A DNA stretch of 64,000 bases from NCBI GenBank assembly GCA_943356745.1, contig CALRFT010000004.1, positions 16,269 through 80,268 on the forward strand, in the 5' to 3' direction. Shown piece by piece: positions 46,657 to 56,042 of the stretch (positions are counted from its first letter, which is position 1; the number at the start of each line of letters is the position of its first letter). The translations under genes were made by a program, and so were the position numbers. The notes under the pieces were generated by a model, which worked only from the letters and a program-made list of their open reading frames with translations, ran no database searches and was not told the DNA's origin. Source of the stretch: Parcubacteria group bacterium. Its GTDB lineage: Bacteria > Patescibacteriota > Minisyncoccia > Phycocordibacterales > CSBR16-119.

Positions 46657-49128
46657 ATGAAAAAAACATTTAAAACAATAGTATACGGTTTCATGACAAT
46701 GGTCCTTTTTGGATCATCAGCTCAAGCTGTGCTTGCTGCAACTGTATTTAATAATCACCCAAACGACTATCAAACAATTCTCGTTTCAAACTATACTGAC
46801 AATCCCGGTTCAAATTCAAACTGGTCAACATCAGTTTCTGCTGATGCTGGAGATGTTATCTCTGTTCTTGTGTATTACCACAATAATGGTTCAGAAAATG
46901 CAACATCAACAAAACTTAAGATTAGTAATGGTCAAACACTAGGGTCTTCACAAACACATACGTTTTCAGGTTCAGTTTCTGCTGCAAATGCTTCAACTGT
47001 TTTTGGATCAGCAACTGTAAACATTTCAAGTTCACAATCTTTGAATTATGTTTCTGGTTCAGCTTCTTGGTATGCAAATAACCAAAGTTCAACAGAATAT
47101 ACACTTCCAAATGGACAAAATGGGACAGAAGTGTTCACAAGTTCTGGTGTAAATATTGGAACGATTGCTCCAGGATGGGCATCACAAGGTTCATTTGTTG
47201 TTCAATATAAAGTTGGATCAACAACTCAAAACCAAACACCAATCGTTACAACAAACTCATACTCTCTCAATGGTAACCAAGCAACTCTTAATGGTTACGT
47301 AAATGGACAAGGACAAAACCCTTATACATACTTTGTATATGGAACAAGTTCAAACCTAGGAAGTGGTTCACAAACAACAGCACAAGATTACCAATCTTCA
47401 ACATCTACAAATTTCTCTGAAACTGTATATGTAAATAGTAATACAACGTATTATTACAAAGCATGTGCTACAACAAACGGAGGAACAGTTTGTGGTTCAA
47501 CGCTTTCTTTCATATATAATCCAATTATTACCGTTGACCCATCACCATTTTCTGTTGTAACAAATAACGCAACAAATGTTGATGAAGATTCAGCAACTCT
47601 TAATGGAGAAGTTGAAAGTACAGGAAATAGTACAGTTTCATTTCTCAAGTTCGTATACGGAACAAACTCAAATAGTTTGTATAACACTGTATATGCAAGT
47701 CCATCTTCAACAAACTCAAATGGTGCTGATTTTGATTACAATCTTTCAGGACTTAACGATGATACTACATACTACTACAAAGCATGTGGTACAAATGCAC
47801 AAGGGGAAGATTGTGGATCTGTAAAATCTTTCACAACCGATTCTGAAGATAATGATGATAACGACAATGATAACAATGATATTGAGGTAGATACGCTTTC
47901 TGCAACAAATGTTGATGAAGATAGCGCAACTCTTCGAGGAGATATTATTGAAACAAACGGAGAAGATGTAGAGCGATATTTTGAATACGGAGAAGATAAT
48001 GATGATCTTGATGAAACAACATATCTTTCAGGAGAAACAGATGATGAAGGAACTTTCTCAAAATCTATTTCAGGTCTTGATGAAGATACTACATACTATT
48101 TCCGAGCATGTATTGAATCACAAGATTCAAATGATGACGACTGTGGATCAGTGCGATCATTCCGAACAGACGATGATAACAATAATAATGACTATGACAA
48201 TGATGGTGATTTAATTTCAAACACTACATTTGCAACAGGAATTACTGGTTCATCAGCAGTTCTTAACGGAGTTTCTATTAACGAAACTAATGCTTCATCT
48301 GTATCATACTTTGAATACGGAACATCGAGTGGAAATCTTGGACTTGGAACTTCAAGTAATACAGTTTCTGCTGGACAGACTCTTTACAACTCAAAAACAG
48401 TAACAGGTCTTCTTGCTAATACAACATATTACTACCGAATTGTTACAGGTGACGTGAAAGGGCAAATTAAGTCTTTCCGAACAGGTTCAAATGTTTCAAC
48501 TGTAGTTATTACAAATACTACAAGCACAACAACGAATACAAATACAGCGACAACAACGAAAGTTGATAATGGAGGAGCAGGAATGATTTATCTTGCTCTT
48601 GACATAACGCCAGATTTTGAAAATGTATACGAGGGAGACACAATCAACTTCGATGTTGATTATCGAAATCTATACAACGGAGATCTAGAAGATGTTGTGA
48701 TTCACGTTCGATTTCCAGAGGAAATTGAATTCCGAAAGGCAACACAAGGTTTCTATTCAGATCTTGATCGAACTTTGACTGTTGATCTTGGAGATCTAGA
48801 AGATGATGAAGAAGGAACAATCCTTATTCAAACAGACGTTCTAGGACGACTTAATAACCAAGATATTGCTGTAACAACAGCAGAAGGTACATACGACCAC
48901 CCAACAATTGAAAATGCACAAGGTTCATCTTTGGCGCACGCACTCAATACTATTCTTGAAAATGGATCAACTCTCGGAGCATTCGCTCTCGGAGCTGGAA
49001 TCTTCCCAGGAGTATTTGGATGGCTTATCTTGATTCTACTTGTTCTCGTTATCGTTTGGATTTCACGAAAAATCTATAATGATCACAATGACCGAAAGAA
49101 TCAAAAACCAACCTTTCAGATTAACTAA
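46657..49128 (+). CDS. Cell-surface protein (823 aa). It has a signal peptide, 5 or more FN3/Ig-like repeat modules each ending in TYYYKAC.....CGS..SF, D/N-rich acidic linkers, a DUF11-like conserved-repeat domain and a C-terminal transmembrane anchor.
   Basis: Signal MKKTFKTIVYGFMTMVLFGSSAQA. Repeated module (ATLNG.V...TYYYKACATTNGGTVCGSTLSF, TYYYKACGTNAQGEDCGSVKSFTT, TYYFRACIESQDSNDDDCGSVRSFRT, TYYYRIVTGDVKGQIKSFRT). The C-terminus GVFGWLILILLVLVIVWISRKI. Confidence 0.75.
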   Translation: MKKTFKTIVYGFMTMVLFGSSAQAVLAATVFNNHPNDYQTILVSNYTDNPGSNSNWSTSVSADAGDVISVLVYYHNNGSENATSTKLKISNGQTLGSSQTHTFSGSVSAANASTVFGSATVNISSSQSLNYVSGSASWYANNQSSTEYTLPNGQNGTEVFTSSGVNIGTIAPGWASQGSFVVQYKVGSTTQNQTPIVTTNSYSLNGNQATLNGYVNGQGQNPYTYFVYGTSSNLGSGSQTTAQDYQSSTSTNFSETVYVNSNTTYYYKACATTNGGTVCGSTLSFIYNPIITVDPSPFSVVTNNATNVDEDSATLNGEVESTGNSTVSFLKFVYGTNSNSLYNTVYASPSSTNSNGADFDYNLSGLNDDTTYYYKACGTNAQGEDCGSVKSFTTDSEDNDDNDNDNNDIEVDTLSATNVDEDSATLRGDIIETNGEDVERYFEYGEDNDDLDETTYLSGETDDEGTFSKSISGLDEDTTYYFRACIESQDSNDDDCGSVRSFRTDDDNNNNDYDNDGDLISNTTFATGITGSSAVLNGVSINETNASSVSYFEYGTSSGNLGLGTSSNTVSAGQTLYNSKTVTGLLANTTYYYRIVTGDVKGQIKSFRTGSNVSTVVITNTTSTTTNTNTATTTKVDNGGAGMIYLALDITPDFENVYEGDTINFDVDYRNLYNGDLEDVVIHVRFPEEIEFRKATQGFYSDLDRTLTVDLGDLEDDEEGTILIQTDVLGRLNNQDIAVTTAEGTYDHPTIENAQGSSLAHALNTILENGSTLGAFALGAGIFPGVFGWLILILLVLVIVWISRKIYNDHNDRKNQKPTFQIN

Positions 49129-49170
49129 ATCAAAAGAAAAAACCGCGTAAGCGGTTTTTTCTTTTGATTT

Positions 49171-49602
49171 CTACCACCAGATTTTTCTTGTTGTTTCGTT
49201 CATATGTTCGAAATTAAGTTTGATACTTTCTGGAATATGGTTTTGAATTTTACTTGGCCATTCAATCAAGATAAGGTTTTCTCCGTTTTGAATATCTTGC
49301 TCAAGATCAAGTGCTTTAATTTCTTCCTGTGTTTCAAAACGATATGCGTCGATATGAATCAGCGTTTTAAAATGTGGATGATTTGTAATATTGTATCGCT
49401 TCTGAATAACAAAGGTTGGGCTGATGACAATATCTTCCACTCCCAACTCCTCTGCAAGAGATTTTGTGAAGGTTGTTTTTCCGGCTCCGAGATCTCCAAT
49501 GAGTTCGATGATGGTTGCACGACCACGAAGTGGCGAAAGAGTTTTGAGAAACTCTTTCGCCACTTCGTTTGTTGTTTCAAGATTATGAGAAATATATTCC
49601 AT
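49171..49602 (-). CDS. tsaE: tRNA threonylcarbamoyladenosine biosynthesis ATPase TsaE.
   Basis: Walker A-like GDLGAGKTTFTK. Size and motifs of YjeE/TsaE. Confidence 0.85.
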   Translation of the reverse strand: MEYISHNLETTNEVAKEFLKTLSPLRGRATIIELIGDLGAGKTTFTKSLAEELGVEDIVISPTFVIQKRYNITNHPHFKTLIHIDAYRFETQEEIKALDLEQDIQNGENLILIEWPSKIQNHIPESIKLNFEHMNETTRKIWW

Positions 49603-49695
49603 ACCCTATATTTTGCTTGATTTTAAAGGTTTAAAGTATATTGACAAATATATTTATATATCTTATTATACACTCAAATTTAAATCCCTTCAATC

Positions 49696-50337
49696 ATGAA
49701 AAGCACTTTGATTTTCTTATCTTTCTTTCTTTTTTCTTTTGTATTGCAAGCACAAACAGAAATAACCTACACAGACTCTGCTGGTGTTATTACAGCCACT
49801 ATTAAAGAGGTGCAAGTTATCGAGAAGATATCTTTCACCAATACCACAGACCTTACCTTCAACGATGAAGAAAAAGCAATTCTCTTTCAGGGAGGAATAG
49901 TATCAAAAAATACAAAAAAAATGACACAGTTTTTCCTTCCCACGTTTTCAGACATAATGGAACAATTTTCTGTAAAAGATAATAATATTGAACTAATTAA
50001 CAAAAAAGAATCAAAGTCAATTGTTGATTGGTGGTTTTTATTTGGTTATTTAATTATTCCATTTTTTTTGGTTTTGTATATTGGTTTTTTAGTACCACAA
50101 AAACCGAAAATTCTATATTTTATTTATTATATTGTATTGAGTTTGCTTATATTACACTCTTTTGTTTTTTCTATTTTAACTTTTCCTGAAAACACGCTTA
50201 GATTGGGTGGCAATACTAATGATATTATAAATCAATATTTAGTATATCTGATTACTTCTTGTGTGTGTGGTTTTATTTTTAGATATTTATATCTGAAAAG
50301 AAAAGAAAGAAAAGAACTCACACAAGCTACGGTGTAG
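49696..50337 (+). CDS. Hypothetical membrane protein with a signal peptide, a ~90-aa ectodomain and three transmembrane helices.
   Basis: 213-aa ORF. Hydrophobicity pattern. Confidence 0.5.
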   Translation: MKSTLIFLSFFLFSFVLQAQTEITYTDSAGVITATIKEVQVIEKISFTNTTDLTFNDEEKAILFQGGIVSKNTKKMTQFFLPTFSDIMEQFSVKDNNIELINKKESKSIVDWWFLFGYLIIPFFLVLYIGFLVPQKPKILYFIYYIVLSLLILHSFVFSILTFPENTLRLGGNTNDIINQYLVYLITSCVCGFIFRYLYLKRKERKELTQATV

Positions 50338-50434
50338 TTTGCGTGACAAAGCGATTCCGAAAGGAATCGCTTTTTTATATTCTCATAAGCCTGTGTCAAT
50401 ATGATTATTTTTCAGAATCGACTATACTTAAATC

Positions 50435-52795
50435 ATGAAAGAAACAAACAAGAAACGTGTTGTTGTTCTTGATACCTTCGCCATTATTTTCCGTGCGTAT
50501 CATGCACTTCCTGACTTTTCAACCTCAAAAGGTGAGCCAACAGGTGCTCTTTTTGGTGTTGCTTCAATGCTTATGAGTATTATCACAGATTTGAAACCTG
50601 ACTATATTGTCGCCGCATATGATCTTCCGGGAGGTTCATTTCGAAACACAGTTGAATCAACCTACAAAGCAAACAGAAAAGAAGCAGACGAAGCCCTTGT
50701 GGTGCAGATCACTCGTACTCGCGACCTTTTGAAAGCTTTTTCAATTCCTATTTTTGAAAAAGAAGGATATGAAGCTGATGATATTTTGGGGACAATCAGC
50801 GAAATTCTTAAAAAAGAAGAAGATGTTGAGGTTGTTATTGCGTCTGGCGATATGGACACACTTCAGCTTGTTGATGGAAAAAGAGTAAAGGTATTTACTA
50901 TTCGAAAGGGAATTAAAGATACTGTTTTATATGATGAAAAAGCTGTTGTTGAACGATTTTCTTTCAAACCAGCACTTCTGCCAGACTACAAAGGTCTTCG
51001 AGGAGATCCTTCGGATAATATTATTGGAATTAAAGGGATTGGAGAAAAAACAGCCACCGATTTAATTTCAAACTTCGGGAGTCTTGAAGATATGTATGTA
51101 AAACTCAAGAAAAACCCTGAAGCTTTTGAAAAAGTTGGAATCAAACCAAGAATCATAAATCTTCTTATGGAAGGAGAAGAAGAAGCTTTCTATTCAAAAA
51201 CGCTTGCAACTATTGTGCGAGATGTTCCAATTTCTTTTGATCTTCCTTCAAAACCATGGAAAGACGCTGTTCAACCGGAAAATATTCTTGCAATGTTTCA
51301 AGAACTTGAATTTCGGGCTTTGGTTACACGAGTAAAGGAATTTTTTAATGTTCACAATGTATCCCAAACCGAAGAAGAGGTTGTGAATCAAGAAGATTTG
51401 AAACGAGTCGCAATCATGCTTTGGATTTTGAATTCTGATAAACCAAATGCAAACCTTGAAGATATTTTGTCATACACAAAACAAAAAGATTTTGCGAGTG
51501 CGAGAAAACATCTAGAAGAAAAAATACAAGAAAATAAAGCTTTTGCTCAAGTGTTCCAAGAAATAGAGGAGCCGCTTATGAGTATTGTGGCGGGTATGCA
51601 AAAAGTCGGTATTTCTGTTGAAAAAGAAACACTTTCAAAGCTTTCAACTTTGTATCACACAGAAATTGAAAAAATAGAAAAACAAATCTTTGCTTTGGCT
51701 GGAAAAGAGTTTAATGTTCGTTCACCGCAACAACTTTCTGATATTTTGTTTGCCGATCTTGGTTTGCCGACAAAGGGAATCAAAAAAGGTGCAAATGGCG
51801 GATATTCAACTAATGTTTCTGTATTAGAAAAATTTGAAGAAGAGTATGAAATCGTAAGACTTATTCTCGAACATCGAGAACTTTCAAAACTTCTCTCAAC
51901 TTATATTGATACTCTACCGGCATTGATTGCTGAAGATGGAAAGATTCACGCTGAATTTATTCAAAACGGAACCACAACAGGACGTTTTTCTTCAAATAAT
52001 CCAAATCTTCAGAATATTCCAACAAGAAGTGATCTTGGAAGAGCGATTCGAAGTGCTTTTGTTGCAGAAAAAGGATTTCTCCTTGCTGGTTTTGACTATT
52101 CTCAGATTGAACTCCGTCTCGCGGCTATTTTGGCAGAAGATTCTTTTATGATTGAGACTTTCAAGCGGGGGAAAGATATTCACGCTGCGGTAGCGTCTCG
52201 AGTGTTTGATGTTCCAGAACATGAAGTAACAAGTGAAATGAGAAGAAGGGCAAAAATTATCAACTTTGGAATTATTTACGGAATGGGAATCAGTGCTTTG
52301 CAAAAACAAATCGGAACAGATAGAAAAGAAGCACAAGAATTCTACGATAACTACTTCAAAGAGTTCGGACAGATTCAAGAGTATTTGGAATCAACAAAGA
52401 TTTTTGCACGAAAGCACGGATATACAGAAACAATGTTTGGACGACGACGAAACTTTGAGTCTATTAACTCTAAAACGCCCTTTATACGCGCAATGGCAGA
52501 GAGAATGGCTACGAATGCCCCAATACAAGGGACAGGCGCTGATATCGTAAAATTGGCCATGATACATATTGACCGATATCTCACTCAAAAAAAATTAAAG
52601 GACAAGGTGAGACTTTTACTTCAAGTTCACGATGAACTTATCTACGAAATTGATGAAACACTCTTTGATTCTATTAAAAAAGAGATAGAAAGAATCATGG
52701 AAAACGTATTTTCAGAATGTTTCTTACATTTAGAAGTTTCAGTTCCACTTCGTGTGGATGGAAAAAGTGGTTACTCTTGGTTTGATCTTAAATAA
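50435..52795 (+). CDS. polA: DNA polymerase I with a 5'-3' exonuclease domain and a polymerase domain. The 3'-5' exo domain appears reduced or absent.
   Basis: FEN/5'-nuclease motifs at the N-terminus. Pol A motifs (RRRAKIINFGIIYG and LLQVHDELIYE). Confidence 0.9.
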   Translation: MKETNKKRVVVLDTFAIIFRAYHALPDFSTSKGEPTGALFGVASMLMSIITDLKPDYIVAAYDLPGGSFRNTVESTYKANRKEADEALVVQITRTRDLLKAFSIPIFEKEGYEADDILGTISEILKKEEDVEVVIASGDMDTLQLVDGKRVKVFTIRKGIKDTVLYDEKAVVERFSFKPALLPDYKGLRGDPSDNIIGIKGIGEKTATDLISNFGSLEDMYVKLKKNPEAFEKVGIKPRIINLLMEGEEEAFYSKTLATIVRDVPISFDLPSKPWKDAVQPENILAMFQELEFRALVTRVKEFFNVHNVSQTEEEVVNQEDLKRVAIMLWILNSDKPNANLEDILSYTKQKDFASARKHLEEKIQENKAFAQVFQEIEEPLMSIVAGMQKVGISVEKETLSKLSTLYHTEIEKIEKQIFALAGKEFNVRSPQQLSDILFADLGLPTKGIKKGANGGYSTNVSVLEKFEEEYEIVRLILEHRELSKLLSTYIDTLPALIAEDGKIHAEFIQNGTTTGRFSSNNPNLQNIPTRSDLGRAIRSAFVAEKGFLLAGFDYSQIELRLAAILAEDSFMIETFKRGKDIHAAVASRVFDVPEHEVTSEMRRRAKIINFGIIYGMGISALQKQIGTDRKEAQEFYDNYFKEFGQIQEYLESTKIFARKHGYTETMFGRRRNFESINSKTPFIRAMAERMATNAPIQGTGADIVKLAMIHIDRYLTQKKLKDKVRLLLQVHDELIYEIDETLFDSIKKEIERIMENVFSECFLHLEVSVPLRVDGKSGYSWFDLK

Positions 52796-52798
52796 TAT

Positions 52799-53464
52799 AT
52801 GCTTTGGATTTTAGAAGGGGATGATGTCCTCAAGAAAAATAAAGAAATACAGAAAATAAAAGACAATGTTTCACCGGATAGTATGTTTCGATATGATTCT
52901 CTTCAGGAAGATGTTTCATTTCTGAAAGATTCACAAGATTTGTTTAGTGAAAAGAAGTTTATTGTTGTGTCTGAAACAAAGATTGATGATTTTTCAAAGG
53001 ATATTGAAAAATATATTGTTTCACCACACTATTTTATCTTCTGTGTTTCAAAACTACTTGCCGCCGACAAAAAAAAGCTCGTAAAGGTGCCTGTACTTGA
53101 TTGTGTAACAGTCAAAGAAAGTCAGGAAAAATTCAACCTTTTTGCGTTTAGTGATGCATTTGCTTCAAAAAACAAAAAAGATTTATGGGTTTTGTATCAA
53201 AAGGCTATCCGTGCTGGTGTTTCAGAACAAGAAATCATTGGAATTATCTTATGGCAGGTTCGTGTGTTACTTCTGGTGTTACACAAGACAGAAAAAGATG
53301 CAGGTTTGAAACCTTTTGTGGTATCAAAAGCTCAAAAAGCCTTACATTCCTTCTCTTCTTCTACATTGGAAGGCTATATGAAAGATTTGGTTTCAATGTA
53401 TCACGATGCTCGGCGTGGAGTTGACCTGTCGAATAACTTCGAACGTTTCATACTTTCTCTATAA
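52799..53464 (+). CDS. Possible DNA polymerase III delta subunit (HolA-like), short form.
   Basis: 4 nt after polA. The N-terminal pattern (LWILEGDDVL) and C-terminal helical pattern resemble holA. Weak assignment. Confidence 0.4.
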   Translation: MLWILEGDDVLKKNKEIQKIKDNVSPDSMFRYDSLQEDVSFLKDSQDLFSEKKFIVVSETKIDDFSKDIEKYIVSPHYFIFCVSKLLAADKKKLVKVPVLDCVTVKESQEKFNLFAFSDAFASKNKKDLWVLYQKAIRAGVSEQEIIGIILWQVRVLLLVLHKTEKDAGLKPFVVSKAQKALHSFSSSTLEGYMKDLVSMYHDARRGVDLSNNFERFILSL

Positions 53465-53468
53465 ATAA

Positions 53469-53498
53469 AAAATGACCGTTACAAACGGTCATTTTTTG
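53469..53498 (+). terminator. Terminator AAAAATGACCGTTACAAACGGTCATTTTTT.
   Basis: 9-bp stem plus T-run. Confidence 0.7.
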
Positions 53499-53504
53499 TA
53501 TAAG

Positions 53505-53625
53505 ACAAAATGAAAAGGGCTTGTCATATGAATTGTCAATCAAAGATTGACCGCTCGTATGACAAGCCCTCTGGCATATATTGTTATGAGAGTAATATAT
53601 GCAAAGAATTATGTGTGCGTGTTTT
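53505..53625 (+). ncRNA. Candidate ~120-nt sRNA. It has a long nested hairpin: AGGGCTTGTCATA...TATGACAAGCCCT enclosing GTCAATC-aaa-GATTGAC. A second hairpin GCATATA...TATATGC follows, then a U-run.
   Basis: Stems read directly. It lies in a 430-bp non-coding gap between convergent genes. Confidence 0.3.
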
Positions 53626-53820
53626 TTCTATATTTAATTGTTGGAGGAAAGAACATTAGGATTAACGTGTGATGCTTTTCTGTCTCGCGACAGAGGGATC
53701 AAATGAACTATTTGTTTAAGATAAAAAAGTTATCTCTTATTATGCGGCTATTCTGGGCGCCGTGACCCTTAGATAATTTTTTTGTCTAACCAACTCAAGT
53801 TCTCACTTATTGTAAGATTA

Positions 53821-53870
53821 ATTTTTATAAAAGACAAATTTAAATTGTGGATAACTGTCCTTTATTATTT
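53821..53870. repeat. Composite element TATAAAAGACA - (perfect DnaA box TGTGGATAA, 53847-53855) - TGTCCTTTAT. It has the same word content as the 25974-26144 palindrome cluster.
   Basis: Direct comparison of the two loci. Confidence 0.5.
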
Positions 53871-53898
53871 TTTCTTAAAAGACAAAAACAAAAACCGC

Positions 53899-54438
53899 TT
53901 ACGCGGCTTTGTTTTTTGTCCCATAGAATGACAAGATAAGTACAAGAATAAATACTGATAGTGCCATCATTGGAATATTGATATATCCAAACTCAAGAAC
54001 AATTTGCTTCACACAGTCTGACGATCCTTCAACACTAAAGGCTGAGCAAGGAAACGGTGAGAATCCTGTCATTTTAATAATGAAGTGATAGAGTGCGATG
54101 ATTGATCCCAAAATACTGAGTGTTCGAAGGTAATACCAAACTTCTACTCCAAATTTCTTTGTGAGGGCCACAAGAGTTATGAAAACCTGTGGATACATAA
54201 GAATTCTTTGGTACCAGCACAGTGCACATGGTGGAAATTTAACTACTTCAGAGTAGATCAAACTTCCCGCCATTGCTGCAAAAGATGCAAAAAATGCTAA
54301 ATATAAAGCGTTTTTCTGGATCCATGTCTTGCATTTGCTTTCTTGTTTCATGAAAAGAAGAACCAAGAGCAGGACGGAAATCACTTGAAAAGCAATAGTT
54401 CCTACAGCAAAAATAATATTTAATGTTTGTGGATTCAT
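53899..54438 (-). CDS. dsbB: Disulfide bond formation protein B (DsbB/BdbC family).
   Basis: Four transmembrane helices. First loop PPCALCWYQR (equivalent to the CxxC..YER of DsbB). Second periplasmic pair FPCSAF...SSDC. Confidence 0.7.
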   Translation of the reverse strand: MNPQTLNIIFAVGTIAFQVISVLLLVLLFMKQESKCKTWIQKNALYLAFFASFAAMAGSLIYSEVVKFPPCALCWYQRILMYPQVFITLVALTKKFGVEVWYYLRTLSILGSIIALYHFIIKMTGFSPFPCSAFSVEGSSDCVKQIVLEFGYINIPMMALSVFILVLILSFYGTKNKAA

Positions 54439-54440
54439 GA

Positions 54441-54956
54441 TTATTGAGCTGGTTCCTGAATTTCAATATTGAGACCTTCAATGCTTGAATTTGTTTCTTG
54501 AACTTCTACATTAAGTCCTTCAAGAACAGCTGCTGTTTCTTCTACCTTGTAAAATTCGGCCATTGCTGGAGTGATTGGACAACTTGTTTGTCTTGAAAGC
54601 TCTTGGATACTTTGTTCTCCAGACTTTCGTGTTCCATCAGCAAATTCCCATGTTGGGTAGCTTTCAATTCCAGCTTCCTTACATACTTCTGTTTGATTTT
54701 CTCCATCCGGAGTTGAACATTCTACATATGGAAGGGAATCTGATGCCTTTTTACCAAAGATTCTCTTTTGATTTTGGCAGTGTGGACACCAAAAAGCTCC
54801 ATAAAACTTAGCTCCTTCTTCTTTAAGACACTCTGCAAATCCAATAATATCTGCTTCAAGTGCTTTTTGTTCGTCACTTTTGAAAACCCCTGCAATTGCA
54901 AGAATGATAACCCCCGCAATGAGAATTCCAAAAGCAATTCCTATTTTTTTATTCAT
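54441..54956 (-). CDS. Membrane-anchored thioredoxin-fold thiol:disulfide oxidoreductase (DsbA/BdbD/TlpA-like), with a C-terminal tail carrying the repeat EGLNVEVQET / EGLNIEIQEP.
   Basis: N-terminal transmembrane helix and the WCPHCQ active site. Confidence 0.75.
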   Translation of the reverse strand: MNKKIGIAFGILIAGVIILAIAGVFKSDEQKALEADIIGFAECLKEEGAKFYGAFWCPHCQNQKRIFGKKASDSLPYVECSTPDGENQTEVCKEAGIESYPTWEFADGTRKSGEQSIQELSRQTSCPITPAMAEFYKVEETAAVLEGLNVEVQETNSSIEGLNIEIQEPAQ

Positions 54957-55145
54957 ATTTTCTATACTTATATTATTTGTAATATATGTACAGCCAGTAT
55001 AACAAAAAAGATTGTTTTCGTCAGGACTTGCTTTACAAAAGACAGAAAATAAGCTATTTTTTACATGAAAGGGAATATGTTACAGAAATTGACACCCTTT
55101 CTATAGTTAGGTTTAGTGCCGGCAACAGAAATGTTGCCGGTCTTT

Positions 55146-55928
55146 TTATTTTCCTCTTCCTTGTATCCAAAGCACCTCAAAAACAGACTTCATAAAGGTG
55201 TAGATGGATGGATTGGTAATGATGATCGTGTGGAGATTTTTGTCCCAGACTGTGAAACTAACGTGGTTTTTCCAAATCGCTACATGAACTTTTGGATCGA
55301 TGAGATTTTTTGAGATAACTCGTACATCTCTTTGTTTTAAAGGCGCTTCTTTGAGTTCGTCATCTGCAAGAGGACTTTCTGTGATGATATGCCGTGCGAA
55401 AATCTTCTTTTTTCTTCTTTTCACACCATATTCTTTCAAACTCTGTCTTCCGACGGTAAAGGTTTCGGTATCTCCTGCGATTCGAAGAATTTCACCACCT
55501 TTTTCTTGGTCGAGTGATCTCCAAAAGGTTTCAACAAAGCCACTTTCTCCTTCAAATCGTTCAATATCAATCTTTTCTCCTTCTCCGCGAAGGGTAAAGA
55601 GGGTTCGAAGGTCGGGAAGTACGGATTCAAGAATTTCTTCTTTTTTATGAACCTCTTTTTGTTGATTTTCAATAATTTTCCTTATTTTTTCTGGTTTTTC
55701 AATATAAATAACCCTTCTTTTTCCTGAATAGCTTGTTTGGATGATTTCTTGTTTCAAAAGTGTTTCAACGGCAAGGTGTACTGTTGCGCGGGGAAGTTTC
55801 ACAAATTTTGCAATATCGGCAATGGTACTTCCGCCGTGTTCAAACAAATGAAAAATAACCTGTTGTTCTGCAGTTCCAAAGCCAACAGCTTTGAGTTTTT
55901 GATAGATTTCTTGGTTGATTTGTATCAT
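55146..55928 (-). CDS. TrmB-family transcriptional regulator.
   Basis: N-terminal TrmB-type wHTH (LKAVGFGTAEQQVIFHLFEHGGSTIADIAKFVKLPRATVHLAVETLLKQEII) and a C-terminal effector-type domain. Confidence 0.7.
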   Translation of the reverse strand: MIQINQEIYQKLKAVGFGTAEQQVIFHLFEHGGSTIADIAKFVKLPRATVHLAVETLLKQEIIQTSYSGKRRVIYIEKPEKIRKIIENQQKEVHKKEEILESVLPDLRTLFTLRGEGEKIDIERFEGESGFVETFWRSLDQEKGGEILRIAGDTETFTVGRQSLKEYGVKRRKKKIFARHIITESPLADDELKEAPLKQRDVRVISKNLIDPKVHVAIWKNHVSFTVWDKNLHTIIITNPSIYTFMKSVFEVLWIQGRGK

Positions 55929-56042
55929 ATCTCAAGTATATCTTGTATATAAAAAATGACAAATATTTATGACATTTTTATCATAAAGTATTAATATATA
56001 ATATTTATTTCATTTTATATAAAAATAAATATCAAAAAGTAT

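Noticed and set aside
53847-53855. A second replication origin at the isolated perfect DnaA boxes (28207, 53847)
   Set aside because: Single consensus 9-mers are expected by chance about once per 100 kb in AT-rich DNA. There is no adjacent box cluster plus DUE comparable to 34010-34262.
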